From: a virus
Reading direction: 5' to 3' (one strand)
Length of the DNA stretch: 64,000 nucleotides
IMG/VR virus record: IMGVR_UViG_3300046808_001035
This document shows, piece by piece, positions 1-9,172 of the stretch. Numbering within the stretch: the stretch's first letter is position 1; every line of letters begins with the position of its first letter. A model generated the notes under the pieces. That model was not told the origin of the DNA. It searched no databases and worked only from the letters and a program-made list of their open reading frames with translations. The translations under genes and the position numbers were made by a program.

Positions 1-355
1 CCTTGCTCACCTTGTGTGCCCTGAGTTCCCTGAGTGCCTTGCTCACCTTGGGTGCCTTGCTGGCCCTGAGTTCCCTGTTCACCTTGTGTGCCTTGCTGGC
101 CCTGAGTTCCCTGTTCACCTTGTGTGCCCTGAGTACCTTGCTCACCTTGTGTGCCCTGAGTTCCCTGAGTGCCTTGCTCACCTTGGGTGCCTTGCTGGCC
201 CTGAGTTCCCTGAGTGCCTTGCTCACCTTGGGTGCCTTGAGTGCCCTGAGTACCTTGCTCACCTTGGGTGCCCTGAGTTCCCTGAGTTCCCTGTTCACCC
301 TGGGTGCCTTGAGTGCCCTGAGTTCCCTGTTGGCCTTGGGTACCTTGGTCTCCCT
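1..355 (-). repeat. 9-bp-period tandem repeat encoding collagen G-X-Q triplets
   Basis: Units such as GGC ACT CAG / GGA ACT CAG / GGT GAG CAA repeated on the minus strand. Confidence 0.95.
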
Positions 356-1151
356 TAGCTCCAGTCAGAGCAGCCGCAAATAAACCTGTACCGTTACTAA
401 AGCCATCAGTACTCGCTGCGCCGATACTGGCCACCAAATCAACAGGAATTTTCCAGTATCTAGGTGCAACTGGGTTAGTGGTTGCGTCTACAAGTACTGG
501 AGTATCAGAAATAACAAATTTTTGATAGCTTTCACTGTCCCCTATAGCTTGAATAGTGATGTCTTGATTGACTGCAAGCAAAGCCAAAAATATATCCACA
601 TCTAGACCGTCGCTTGTTTTATGGGACAGCTTGATATGGTCTGAGTTTTTTTGATTTGCACCAGCCTTCTCCCAGCTAAGAAAACCGTCCGCAGGGTTAA
701 CATCTGCCGAGTCTGTAGCGGCCTTGTAGCGATACATTGTAGAAGAATACCCTGTAGTACCTTGGGTACCTTGTTGACCCTGAGAACCCTGAGCCCCAGT
801 CAATCCAACTGGAGCCCAGTTAGCTTCTGCGTTAGGTAATGCTCCTGTAGTAGAACTTCTGGGACCGTCACCAGCAACCGGCTTATATTGATAATATGTT
901 TCGGCTGCTCTGGTTTTGGTAACCACATTGGGAGCAGCACCTTCTTCATAAGTATATGAGTTTTTGACATACACCATCATCCCTTCAGTAATTCTCTGCC
1001 CAGGAATATTTGCAAGTTTGTCGCCAGCATCTCCACTAATACTCTGTAATGTTCCACGCAGTTCTGTATCGAGAGCAATAGGTGCACTACCTGCAGGACT
1101 CCATGTTCCCGGCCATGCGTTTCTTGTCAATCCGTCGTAATTTGTAGCCAT
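1..1151 (-). CDS. Collagen-like (Gly-X-Gln repeat) tail fibre/virion protein, runs off the left edge
   Basis: Manual translation from ATG at 1151 (MATNYDGLTRNAWPGTWSPAG...) stays open to position 1; contains GAQGSQGQQGTQG and a long (G-T/E/Q-Q)n tract. Absent from the ORF track because its stop is outside the window. Confidence 0.85.
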   Translation of the reverse strand, partial: MATNYDGLTRNAWPGTWSPAGSAPIALDTELRGTLQSISGDAGDKLANIPGQRITEGMMVYVKNSYTYEEGAAPNVVTKTRAAETYYQYKPVAGDGPRSSTTGALPNAEANWAPVGLTGAQGSQGQQGTQGTTGYSSTMYRYKAATDSADVNPADGFLSWEKAGANQKNSDHIKLSHKTSDGLDVDIFLALLAVNQDITIQAIGDSESYQKFVISDTPVLVDATTNPVAPRYWKIPVDLVASIGAASTDGFSNGTGLFAAALTGAKGDQGTQGQQGTQGTQGTQGEQGTQGTQGTQGEQGTQGTQGTQGEQGTQGTQGQQGTQGEQGTQGTQGTQGEQGTQGTQGEQGTQGQQGTQGEQGTQGQQGTQGEQGTQGTQGTQGEQ

Positions 1152-1190
1152 AATTTTGTTATTTAATGTTATTGTCTAGATTTAAGCGAA

Positions 1191-2501
1191 TTAAGCAATT
1201 CTGACGTATGTTTGTCCTGGTTGAAGAATAATCCCGTACAGATTGTATGTCTCTGCAGTATATCCTACAGGAACAACGTCCGGAGCCAAGGCAACCGTAG
1301 AAGTAACGACGCCAGAATAATCACTCAAAAGTGAAGCACTGGTACCTGTCTGGAATACTGTTGGTTGAGATGCACCACTCGCTTTGATCGCAAACCAGAA
1401 AGCTCTAGCTTGAGACTCTGTATTGTTAATGATACCAGCGAACGCTTTGGCCTTATCGCCAAGTACAGTTACTGCGCTAGCATCGAGAGCAGACTCGTCA
1501 ACACAATCTGAGCGAGTAGGCTTGGTGGCGGTGCCACTAGTCCATGTATAGAAGCTAGGATACGTGAAGCTAGCCGAACTATTAACCGAAGAAGATTCTG
1601 CGGTAAGCGGTGTATCGTATGCTGTACCTGTGACGGCAGCAGGTCTGCTGATCTTAGCACTCAATGAAACCTTTGTAGTGGTGCTAGAGGCGTTCGTTTT
1701 GTGAATTGGTGTCGTGAACGTGATGCTGTGTGTTCCTGCCGCTTTTACGCCAGGGTTTGTGGCGTTCGTGGCGCTTACAGTATATTCACAATTTGAATCG
1801 ATATCTGCGATATTTGTAATGCTTGGAGTAAATGTAGACTCTGTGTACGTTTCAAGAAAAGTCTTACCTGTCAACGCGCCCAACGTGATAGAGGCAACAG
1901 GAGTTCCCCAGTTGATGGTGAAGTCTGCGTTATCTGTGGTGAAGGGTTTTACTGTGCCGTCGTTGTATGTAAACGAAACTATGCCCTTGGCTGTACCACC
2001 AGTACTTCCTGTGCCGTTAGAGCGAATATAAGAGCTACCTCCGGCTGTAAATTCTTGCGTCCAGTCAACTCCGCCAGCAGGAGTAACTGATTTAGCTCCT
2101 GCTGTGTATGCGCTGAGTGTTTCACTTACGCTAGTACCATTTCCAGCTGCAATGCCTACCACCGCATCAATAAAAGATGAAGGAAAATCGTCCGGATTTG
2201 CGACAGTCACTGAAAATCCTGTGGCTGCCTCGTCCCAGTTCAAACTAGCCCCAGGTAAACCTGCAGCGGCAAGTGTAGGAGTAAATGTGGCAAGTTCAAT
2301 TTGAAGCAATCCATTATTATTGAAACTCGCACTACGGATCGTATTATCAACGCCTCCGACTTTAAACTTGCTGAGAGTATTTGTGCTTCCTACAGTATCG
2401 AAAACAAGAGGACTTCCTGCTCCTGAGAGAGTGACAGCTGTTTTAATCTTATCCGTCACGTCCGCATCTAACATGTCGTATTTTACTTTTGTTAATGGCA
2501 T
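1191..2501 (-). CDS. Putative virion structural protein (Thr/Ser/Gly-rich, beta-rich)
   Basis: 436 aa; composition typical of tail/fibre proteins; N-terminus MPLTKV; adjacent to the collagen fibre gene. Confidence 0.6.
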   Translation of the reverse strand: MPLTKVKYDMLDADVTDKIKTAVTLSGAGSPLVFDTVGSTNTLSKFKVGGVDNTIRSASFNNNGLLQIELATFTPTLAAAGLPGASLNWDEAATGFSVTVANPDDFPSSFIDAVVGIAAGNGTSVSETLSAYTAGAKSVTPAGGVDWTQEFTAGGSSYIRSNGTGSTGGTAKGIVSFTYNDGTVKPFTTDNADFTINWGTPVASITLGALTGKTFLETYTESTFTPSITNIADIDSNCEYTVSATNATNPGVKAAGTHSITFTTPIHKTNASSTTTKVSLSAKISRPAAVTGTAYDTPLTAESSSVNSSASFTYPSFYTWTSGTATKPTRSDCVDESALDASAVTVLGDKAKAFAGIINNTESQARAFWFAIKASGASQPTVFQTGTSASLLSDYSGVVTSTVALAPDVVPVGYTAETYNLYGIILQPGQTYVRIA

Positions 2502-2513
2502 ATGCTTTTATGT

Positions 2514-3029
2514 TTAATAGGGTTGAACTGAAATTTTAACATTTTTGGGAGGAGCCTCGTCAAATATGACTTTTCCTCCATCACTCAAGTTTAATGTATA
2601 TGAATATGTTGGCTGCTGCACTACTCCACCGACTACTACTAGGCATTTATTTGGATCTATGCTAGAAAGCCCTGGAACAGGCCCAAACTCGAGCTTTACA
2701 CCGTCTCCATCAAAAAAACTTATTTGAGGGACCAGCGCACTTCTCAGATTTGCTAGCGATATTAAATTATACCATGGACCATCCTGAGGTTGCCACTGAA
2801 TAATGCCATTATCTATACGAATTTTTACTTTATCTGGATCTACAGTAGACCCTCCGCCTCCAGAAGGTGCCCCTTTTATGCCTGCGGCAACAATATCTCT
2901 TATCGCACCTACAGTAGTTCTTCGCACTTTGCTAGTGCCTTGAATATACTGGCTCACTATAAGCAAGTCGCTAGTCTTGAGTGGCTCAGCAGGCCTTAAA
3001 TCTGCAATTCTCTTAATAATTGGATCCAT
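2514..3029 (-). CDS. Putative virion/tail-associated protein
   Basis: 171 aa; FDGDG..F and VVVGGVVQQP...YT...IFDEAPP motifs typical of phage tail/baseplate repeat modules. Confidence 0.55.
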   Translation of the reverse strand: MDPIIKRIADLRPAEPLKTSDLLIVSQYIQGTSKVRRTTVGAIRDIVAAGIKGAPSGGGGSTVDPDKVKIRIDNGIIQWQPQDGPWYNLISLANLRSALVPQISFFDGDGVKLEFGPVPGLSSIDPNKCLVVVGGVVQQPTYSYTLNLSDGGKVIFDEAPPKNVKISVQPY

Positions 3030-3056
3030 AAATGCTTGCTCATCTTATAAGATGAC

Positions 3057-3701
3057 TTAGCGATTTACAACATTATTTAACAATTGCCCGATCTTGGCTT
3101 TATTTAGCTTTGTATAGTAATATTCCTGTTCGCTCAGATGGTCTTTAGCTATCTCTCTAGCTAGCCCTTTATCTTTTGTGTGCTCTAGCTCGTGAGCTAC
3201 ACCTTTACGCAGTTCTTTTTTATTAAAAACGCTATCTGGCTTATTATCCCCTAGCCCACCCTTAAGCTTTTCTACGACTTTTCGCTTTTCGCTAGCTGTC
3301 TTGCTGTACCAACGAGCTAGTGCGCTGCTTTTATACATGTTGTTCTGAAGAGCCTCCATAGTAGCCTCTGTCTCTTCTTTCGTTATAGGAGCTATACGCC
3401 CAAAGTTACTCATTACTCCTGGATTGCCTAATCCTAGATGTATTTTTTGTGTAGCTTTTGGGATGTTTCCACCAAGAATAGCGTCAAGCAGCCCTGAGGG
3501 TTTAGCTGATGCCGCAATAGCTGCCCCAGGAACCTTTTGGATTATAGGATTTTTTAGCAACTGTTTATATTGCAGCTCTTGAGCATCGTGCTCTCTATCT
3601 CTACGCTCAAGAGCGTCCATCATAGATTCGCCATGCTCTGGAGCAGGCATTCTATTTCTACCAAAGAGTATTTTACTAACCTGGCTGTTTCTAGGATCCA
3701 T
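3057..3701 (-). CDS. DUF5661-like module protein (probable head-associated)
   Basis: ELRKGVAHELEHT...AREIAKDHLSE..YYTKL motif; K-x-A sites upstream (KSSA, KTA). Confidence 0.65.
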   Translation of the reverse strand: MDPRNSQVSKILFGRNRMPAPEHGESMMDALERRDREHDAQELQYKQLLKNPIIQKVPGAAIAASAKPSGLLDAILGGNIPKATQKIHLGLGNPGVMSNFGRIAPITKEETEATMEALQNNMYKSSALARWYSKTASEKRKVVEKLKGGLGDNKPDSVFNKKELRKGVAHELEHTKDKGLAREIAKDHLSEQEYYYTKLNKAKIGQLLNNVVNR

Positions 3702-4147
3702 TATTTTTTAGAAGCCCTGTCCATCTCTCTTCCGTAAGCCTGTAGTTTATCTAGTCTTCTCATGTTCATAAGGGCAGGTATTCCCTTTTTCTGTTTATCA
3801 ATAAATCCTTTAAATATAGAATCTGACTTGGGATCTTCGTGCTTCTTGATGTACTTTTTAATTTTATCTAATGTATTGGCTGTTTTGTATAGCTCTTCAG
3901 CAATCTTTACAGCTTCAACTATTTCATTTTCAGAGTAACCATATTCAGCTGCTCTTTTCATGAAGCCTTCAATATAAGCTTTCTTCTCAGGTAAGTCGCT
4001 ATGCTTAGTTTTAGCAAAGTCCCTCAGTTGCTTTTCAGTCATACTATCAGCAATTTCTTGAACTTTAGAGCCAAAACGACCCTTGCCTCTTTTAGAGGCA
4101 AGAGCCATCCCCATGAGTCTTTGTTGAGCTTCGCTTTTTGCGGGCAT
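3701..4147 (-). CDS. DUF3008-like module fused to an internal AYIEGF leader motif
   Basis: MPAKSEAQQRLMGMALASKRG...MTEKQLRDFAKTKHSDLPEKK followed by AYIEGFMKRAAEYGYSENE. Confidence 0.7.
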   Translation of the reverse strand: MPAKSEAQQRLMGMALASKRGKGRFGSKVQEIADSMTEKQLRDFAKTKHSDLPEKKAYIEGFMKRAAEYGYSENEIVEAVKIAEELYKTANTLDKIKKYIKKHEDPKSDSIFKGFIDKQKKGIPALMNMRRLDKLQAYGREMDRASKK

Positions 4148-4148
4148 A

Positions 4149-4646
4149 CTACCACCCTTGTTCTTGCTTTGTTTGATTGATCAGCTCATCCAGCTTTTGG
4201 TTGTAGCGTCTAACTCCTAAGCCTGCACCTAGAGCTCTTCCTCCAAGTCTACCTGAACTAACAGCACTTTGTATTGCTTCAGGGTCAGTTTGGCCTAGTA
4301 AATGAGATAGTCCATAGCCTGCAGCCCCTCCAGCGATGTCTCCCAGGAATGTGCCTCCAGAGATATTAGCTGTTCTGCTTGGAGAGCCCTCTTCGCTTGT
4401 GAGATCTTGATAAGCGTTATATGCAATAGGAGCCATCCCACCAGCTTCACCACCAACACTATCAGGAGCAACTCTACCCATCATCATAGCTCCTAGCATG
4501 TTCATCATTGGGTTAGCCTTCTGTTGTTCGAGGTTATAGACGTTTCTTTCGGCACGCTTCAGTAGCGCAACAGCCTCAGCTTCATTGAAGCCGTATTCAC
4601 TTGCTCTCTTAACGAATCCTTCGATGTATGCTTGCTCGTTAGTCAT
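4149..4646 (-). CDS. Shared-leader family protein (Gly/Ala-rich tail)
   Basis: N-terminus MTNEQAYIEGFVKRASEYGFNEAEAVALLKRA. Confidence 0.8.
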   Translation of the reverse strand: MTNEQAYIEGFVKRASEYGFNEAEAVALLKRAERNVYNLEQQKANPMMNMLGAMMMGRVAPDSVGGEAGGMAPIAYNAYQDLTSEEGSPSRTANISGGTFLGDIAGGAAGYGLSHLLGQTDPEAIQSAVSSGRLGGRALGAGLGVRRYNQKLDELINQTKQEQGW

Positions 4647-4647
4647 A

Positions 4648-4884
4648 TTAGAATTGTTCGTCGGCGGGCATAGGGACGAGAGGTTTTTTAGGAGGATTAG
4701 CTACATCATTAGCATTTCCCTTGATCGCGCTCGGTACCTTAGGTGCTGGTGCTTTAGGCTTACCAGCCATAGGCATTTCTCCTGCAGCCTGCTTTAAAAA
4801 ATTAATAGCTTCAGCTTCATTAAAGCCATATTCAGCTGCTCTCTTTACGAATCCCTCGATGTATGCTTGTTCTTGTTGTGTCAT
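4648..4884 (-). CDS. Shared-leader family protein (short Pro/Lys-rich tail)
   Basis: N-terminus MTQQEQAYIEGFVKRAAEYGFNEAEAINFLKQA. Confidence 0.8.
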   Translation of the reverse strand: MTQQEQAYIEGFVKRAAEYGFNEAEAINFLKQAAGEMPMAGKPKAPAPKVPSAIKGNANDVANPPKKPLVPMPADEQF

Positions 4885-4886
4885 AG

Positions 4887-5231
4887 TTATTCTGGTCTAG
4901 TTTTAAGTTTATTTCTCCAAAGGTCCACATCTTCTCTGACATTCTCATTTAAGCTTTTATAGTTACCCAAGTGGCCAAAGAATAAATGACAATATACTCC
5001 ATTACCTTTATCTTCGCAAAGAGTAATTAGGTTATTTGGGTCGAGTTCTAGCTCAGGGTTTAAGTGAAAAGGCTTTATATGATGAACCTCTAGCTTCTTC
5101 GTACCCTCGCAGAGAGCACAGGTAGGGTTGTTCTTGATGTGGTTCTTTCTAACAGTACGCCAATGCGACGATCTTTTGTGCAGGGGCTCTTTACCCTCCT
5201 GCATTTCTTTAAGTGTCGTTACGTTAGCCAT
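4887..5231 (-). CDS. HNH endonuclease (small phage type)
   Basis: W..VR...P.CxxC...LEVHHIKP...NLITLC...CH motif. Confidence 0.85.
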   Translation of the reverse strand: MANVTTLKEMQEGKEPLHKRSSHWRTVRKNHIKNNPTCALCEGTKKLEVHHIKPFHLNPELELDPNNLITLCEDKGNGVYCHLFFGHLGNYKSLNENVREDVDLWRNKLKTRPE

Positions 5232-5270
5232 AGATAGATTTTATAATACTAGAGTATTTTCTGCAAATAT

Positions 5271-5305
5271 ATAAAAGAAAAGACCCTCAGGTAATGAGAG
5301 TCTTT
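5271..5305 (-). terminator. Rho-independent terminator
   Basis: Minus strand AAAGACTCTCA-TTACC-TGAGGGTCTTT followed by TCTTTT, just downstream of 5327..5929. Confidence 0.7.
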
Positions 5306-5326
5306 AGCTTTACTAGGTTAATTAAA

Positions 5327-5929
5327 TTATCTAGCACCAGCAATACCTAGAGTCTGATTTCCTCCAAATGTATTATTTACAGCTGGAAGATTGAGTATGG
5401 GGCTATCTGCTCCAGGACCGACAGGAGTTCTTTGATACCCTGCTGCCCTTAAGCTTGGACCATAGAAAGTGTGCGCCGCTTGCTCTGCTCCTTGGCCTAA
5501 CGATTCTGCAGCTCCTGAGATTCCCTGTCTTAAAGCACTGCCAGCCCCTGAAAAACCTTGTCTTAAAGCGCTACCAGCTCCTGAAAAGCCTTGCCCCAGT
5601 GCCCTACCTGTCTGTCCAACCGTATTCATAGTATCGCGCACTCCTTGGCCTACAGTATTTACAGCGCCCTCAAGCTTCTGCCCCATATTGGAAGCTAAAT
5701 TATGTGCTCCCTGGTTCAAGGCCCTACCTGCCCCCATAACCATGTCCTTACCTCTATTAAAGGTATTTCCTACAGCTTGTACACCGCTGTCGGCCTTTGC
5801 TCCAAGCCTTTGACCTAAATCTGCAAAAGAAAAAGCTCTTTTGTATAATTCAATAGCCTCAGCTTCATTATAGCCGTATTCACTTGCTCTCTTTACGAAT
5901 CCGTTGATGTATGCTTGTTGTGTGTTCAT
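5327..5929 (-). CDS. Shared-leader family protein (11-aa Gly-rich repeats, QGFSGAGSALR)
   Basis: N-terminus MNTQQAYINGFVKRASEYGYNEAEAIELYKRA. Confidence 0.8.
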   Translation of the reverse strand: MNTQQAYINGFVKRASEYGYNEAEAIELYKRAFSFADLGQRLGAKADSGVQAVGNTFNRGKDMVMGAGRALNQGAHNLASNMGQKLEGAVNTVGQGVRDTMNTVGQTGRALGQGFSGAGSALRQGFSGAGSALRQGISGAAESLGQGAEQAAHTFYGPSLRAAGYQRTPVGPGADSPILNLPAVNNTFGGNQTLGIAGAR

Positions 5930-5973
5930 AATTTCTTCTAGTTTATTCTAAACTCTAGAATATATCAAATATT

Positions 5974-6420
5974 TTATAGCTTTTTAGTCGCCCTTCTTTT
6001 CCCATATGCTTCTAGTATTTTTTCTCGCACAAGCTCATCTTCTTCCTCGATATCTTCCTCGTCTAAACGCAATACGACATAGCCTCCCTTTGTAAGCTTT
6101 TGAGTTTTCTGACTGTCCTTGTATTGAGTCATAGCGTCTCCATGCCAGTATGCTCCATCAGCAAAAATAGCCACATTAGGCTCGATAAAGATGTCAGCGA
6201 TAGTGACACCTAGAATAGGTTTTTGAGTAACAAACTCTATATCTAGAGCCAAGAGCATAGCTTGCAGCTTAAGTTCTATACCTGTCTCTTTTCTGTCTCC
6301 AGAAAGATACCCTTTGATACTTGCGCACCGTTTAGAGCAAGTCTTGCCTTCCCGCATTCTTTCACTTTCACGAGGCCAGAGCTTTCCGCAAGTCTTGCAC
6401 TCGAATTTTTGCTTTTTCAT
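5974..6420 (-). CDS. DUF559/Vsr-like endonuclease with N-terminal Zn finger
   Basis: CxxC...CSxxC followed by E..L...L...Q...ADIFI...AIFADGAYWH...D..K...L...GYVVLRL. Confidence 0.75.
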   Translation of the reverse strand: MKKQKFECKTCGKLWPRESERMREGKTCSKRCASIKGYLSGDRKETGIELKLQAMLLALDIEFVTQKPILGVTIADIFIEPNVAIFADGAYWHGDAMTQYKDSQKTQKLTKGGYVVLRLDEEDIEEEDELVREKILEAYGKRRATKKL

Positions 6421-7778
6421 CAAGCAATCAATTCTTTGATCACATTACCATACACGTCAGTGAGCCTAAAGGGTCTGCCGTTATAGTTATAAATCAAACG
6501 TTCATGATCAAATCCCATTAAACGCAAGATAGTAGCATGAAGATCGTGGATGTGTACGATGTCTTTCATAGATTTAGAGCCCACCTCGTCAGTCTCTCCA
6601 TACCTTTGACCTCCTTTGACTCCTCCTCCGCACATCCATACACTGAAAGCTTTGCCGTTGTGATCTCTACCTGGAGCTCCTGCGCCTCCACCACTGGTAA
6701 CAGTACGTCCAAATTCACCTCCCCACACAATTAATACACTGTCGAATAATCCTCGTTGCTTGAGATCGCCTATAAGTGCGCTAAAAGCCTGATCATATCT
6801 ACGAGCTGTGTTACTCATAGCGTTTTTAATATCACTGTGGTGGTCATACCCCCCAACATTTACCTGAACCACACGCACACCACGCTCTACAAGCCTACGA
6901 GCAATCAGCATCTTTGCTCCTTCCTCAGTTTTTCCGTAGGCTTCTTTAATATTCTCAGGTTCTTTAGATATATCGAACGCGTCGCTAGCCTCTGTCTGCA
7001 TTTTAAACGCTGTCTCAAACGACTCTATACGGCTTTCTAGCTGTTCGTCTTTTTGAAGCTTCAGCATATGCTCAGTACTGAGGCTTTTTGCAAAGTCAAG
7101 TTGGCGTCTTTGACGAGATAACGACGAAACCTCGCTCTGAAGGTTAGCCAAAATCTCACTAGATTGTATATTCTGTCGATAGTTTACATTGCACCCCTGA
7201 TACATGCCTGGAAGAAATGCGCACTGACGAGATTCTGGAGAACTATTCAATGAAATGAACCCAGGCATGTTCTCATTTTGAGTGCCTAACCCATAAACGA
7301 GCCAGCTGCCTAGGCTAGGTTTACTAAGCTGCGCTGAACCTGTATGCATAAGCTTGCTAGCTATTCCATGATCAGGGATGTCTGTCTGCATGCTGTTGAT
7401 GATAGCCAGGTCATCAGCATGCTTACCCAACTCTTTCCATACCTCACTGATATTTAATCCTGATTTTCCAAATCTAGGAAATTCAAACGGTGAAGCTAAC
7501 AGATTACCGTAGTCGTGCTTCACTCCATCTCGCTTCTGCAGTTCAGGCTTATAGTCGAATGTGTCTACATGACTAGGCGCACCGCTAGCAAACAATTGAA
7601 TTATTGCTTTAGCCTTTACTGGGAAGTGTGGAGTCTTAGCAGCCATAGGGCTAGCTGCTTCTAGCGTTGTTGGGTTCAACCCAAACACGCTAGCTAGAGA
7701 CAATCCGCCCAAACCCCAGGCGAATTCGTTTAGGAATTCTCTTCTACTAGAGAACGATGGGTGATTGCCGCAGTTCAT
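6420..7778 (-). CDS. DUF1501 family protein with twin-arginine (Tat) signal
   Basis: SSRREFL Tat motif; AKAIIQLF.SGAPSHVDTFDYKP, ARRLVERGVR.VQ, YDHH, VWGGEFGRT, GRDHN, GGG.KGG..YGETD, HIHDLHATIL, RLTDV.G motifs. Start moved to ATG 7778, one base after the upstream TAA. Confidence 0.9.
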   Translation of the reverse strand: MNCGNHPSFSSRREFLNEFAWGLGGLSLASVFGLNPTTLEAASPMAAKTPHFPVKAKAIIQLFASGAPSHVDTFDYKPELQKRDGVKHDYGNLLASPFEFPRFGKSGLNISEVWKELGKHADDLAIINSMQTDIPDHGIASKLMHTGSAQLSKPSLGSWLVYGLGTQNENMPGFISLNSSPESRQCAFLPGMYQGCNVNYRQNIQSSEILANLQSEVSSLSRQRRQLDFAKSLSTEHMLKLQKDEQLESRIESFETAFKMQTEASDAFDISKEPENIKEAYGKTEEGAKMLIARRLVERGVRVVQVNVGGYDHHSDIKNAMSNTARRYDQAFSALIGDLKQRGLFDSVLIVWGGEFGRTVTSGGGAGAPGRDHNGKAFSVWMCGGGVKGGQRYGETDEVGSKSMKDIVHIHDLHATILRLMGFDHERLIYNYNGRPFRLTDVYGNVIKELIA

Positions 7779-7779
7779 A

Positions 7780-8520
7780 TTATTTAAACCTTTTTGCAAA
7801 AGAGTCGTTAAAAGATTTTTGCCATTCTTTTAAATCAAGATTTTTAACTGTCGCAAAAAAATCGTTTTCTTTTTCGTACTCGGACAAATCTGGTATATTC
7901 TGAATGGGAGGTCTAAAAGATTTTCCCCATTTAGGGTTGTATTTATTCATATGCTCTTTGAGCATCTTATTGTAGAGATACTCTTGAGATGCTGGAAAAT
8001 CTGGTGAGTTTATGTCTTCCGTGTAAGCATCTACAAATTTATTGCCATCATATTTTTGTGGACGCGGTAAGGGCTTATTACGGTACTGGTTTGCGCTTGC
8101 AAGATCTCTGAAATGACCACTTGCCATATCTGTAGAGTCAAAGGCGTCTTGCTTGACAGAAGAATCAGGGGGGTCAAACCCAAACACAGGTTTTTTACCC
8201 ATAATATCTCCAAGCCCTTGCACCCACTTGTCTTTCGGCGTCATGCTAGATAAAGGAGCATTTTTCAAAATACTTAAATCTTTCTTGTTCGGTGTATATC
8301 CTGGTGCACTAGATGCAGGCGCAACACTAGGCGATTGAGTAGTTGTAGCAGAATTAAAGTTCTGCTGCTTAGTTGCACCAGCAGGCCACATAGGATCTTG
8401 CTGAGCTACCACATTTTGAGCGTTAGCTCTCTTCCACAGCGTGATAGCTTCATTTTCACTGTAGCCATAGTCAGCCGCCCTCTTTACAAACCCATTGATG
8501 TATGCTCGCTGTGTGGTCAT
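7780..8520 (-). CDS. Shared-leader family protein
   Basis: N-terminus MTTQRAYINGFVKRAADYGYSENEAITLWKRA. Confidence 0.8.
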   Translation of the reverse strand: MTTQRAYINGFVKRAADYGYSENEAITLWKRANAQNVVAQQDPMWPAGATKQQNFNSATTTQSPSVAPASSAPGYTPNKKDLSILKNAPLSSMTPKDKWVQGLGDIMGKKPVFGFDPPDSSVKQDAFDSTDMASGHFRDLASANQYRNKPLPRPQKYDGNKFVDAYTEDINSPDFPASQEYLYNKMLKEHMNKYNPKWGKSFRPPIQNIPDLSEYEKENDFFATVKNLDLKEWQKSFNDSFAKRFK

Positions 8521-8546
8521 ATTGCTTTACTCTAACTCAAACGCAA

Positions 8547-8587
8547 ATCAGGGATCACCGAAGCTTTAATCTCCAATGATCCCTGAT
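8547..8587. terminator. Intergenic hairpin (11-bp inverted repeat), possible terminator/processing site
   Basis: ATCAGGGATCA ... TGATCCCTGAT. Confidence 0.5.
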
Positions 8588-8606
8588 ATTACTAACGCTT
8601 TTTAAG

Positions 8607-9131
8607 TTACTTTCTTCCAGGAGCTGCTGTGGCAGGGGCATTACCCATAACTCCACCGTAAGCATTAGCTGGACTCTTTCTTGTTCCCTGCATGTTCGGG
8701 TTGTTGATACCTAAAAACCCCATGATCTTCTCATTCATGGTAGGATCAGCACTTGCTGCTGCAGAGCCCCCACCAATAACAGCAGAGCTAGGGGTTGGTG
8801 TAGGTGCCTGAGGCTTGACTGAAGGTGCAAGTGCCTGAGGCTTGACTGAAGGTGCAGCCGCACCTCCACGGTTAAAAAGACTAGACATGATTTGCGTGTC
8901 TGGTGTGCCTGGAGCTGTTAACGGATTAAACCCGTCCGCAGCTTGTTTACGCTGTCTGAGCTTTTTTAGATCAGAACCTTCAATCTTGCCGTCTTTATCT
9001 ACATCAAGCTTATGCTGATCTCCTTTGAGCTCAGATGCTCTCTTAAAGATCTCTACAGCCTCATGTTGACTGAAGCCATACTCAGCTGCGCGCTTAACGA
9101 ATCCTTCAATATATGCTTGTTCTAAGTTCAT
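8607..9131 (-). CDS. Shared-leader family protein with EF-hand-like micro-module
   Basis: MNLEQAYIEGFVKRAAEYGFSQHEAVEIFKRA then KLDVDKDGKIEGSDLKKLR, KQA, and a Pro/Ala-rich tail. Confidence 0.8.
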   Translation of the reverse strand: MNLEQAYIEGFVKRAAEYGFSQHEAVEIFKRASELKGDQHKLDVDKDGKIEGSDLKKLRQRKQAADGFNPLTAPGTPDTQIMSSLFNRGGAAAPSVKPQALAPSVKPQAPTPTPSSAVIGGGSAAASADPTMNEKIMGFLGINNPNMQGTRKSPANAYGGVMGNAPATAAPGRK

Positions 9132-9172
9132 GTGATTATTCTATAGTAATGTTTAGAGTGTGTCACTAACTT

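Noticed and set aside
3-383. Plus-strand repetitive ORFs (Leu/Ser-rich and Cys/Pro-rich)
   Set aside because: Antisense shadows of the minus-strand collagen repeat.
3701-9131. RiPP precursor cluster (shared leader plus variable core)
   Set aside because: No modifying enzymes or transporter; tails are long; context is virion genes.
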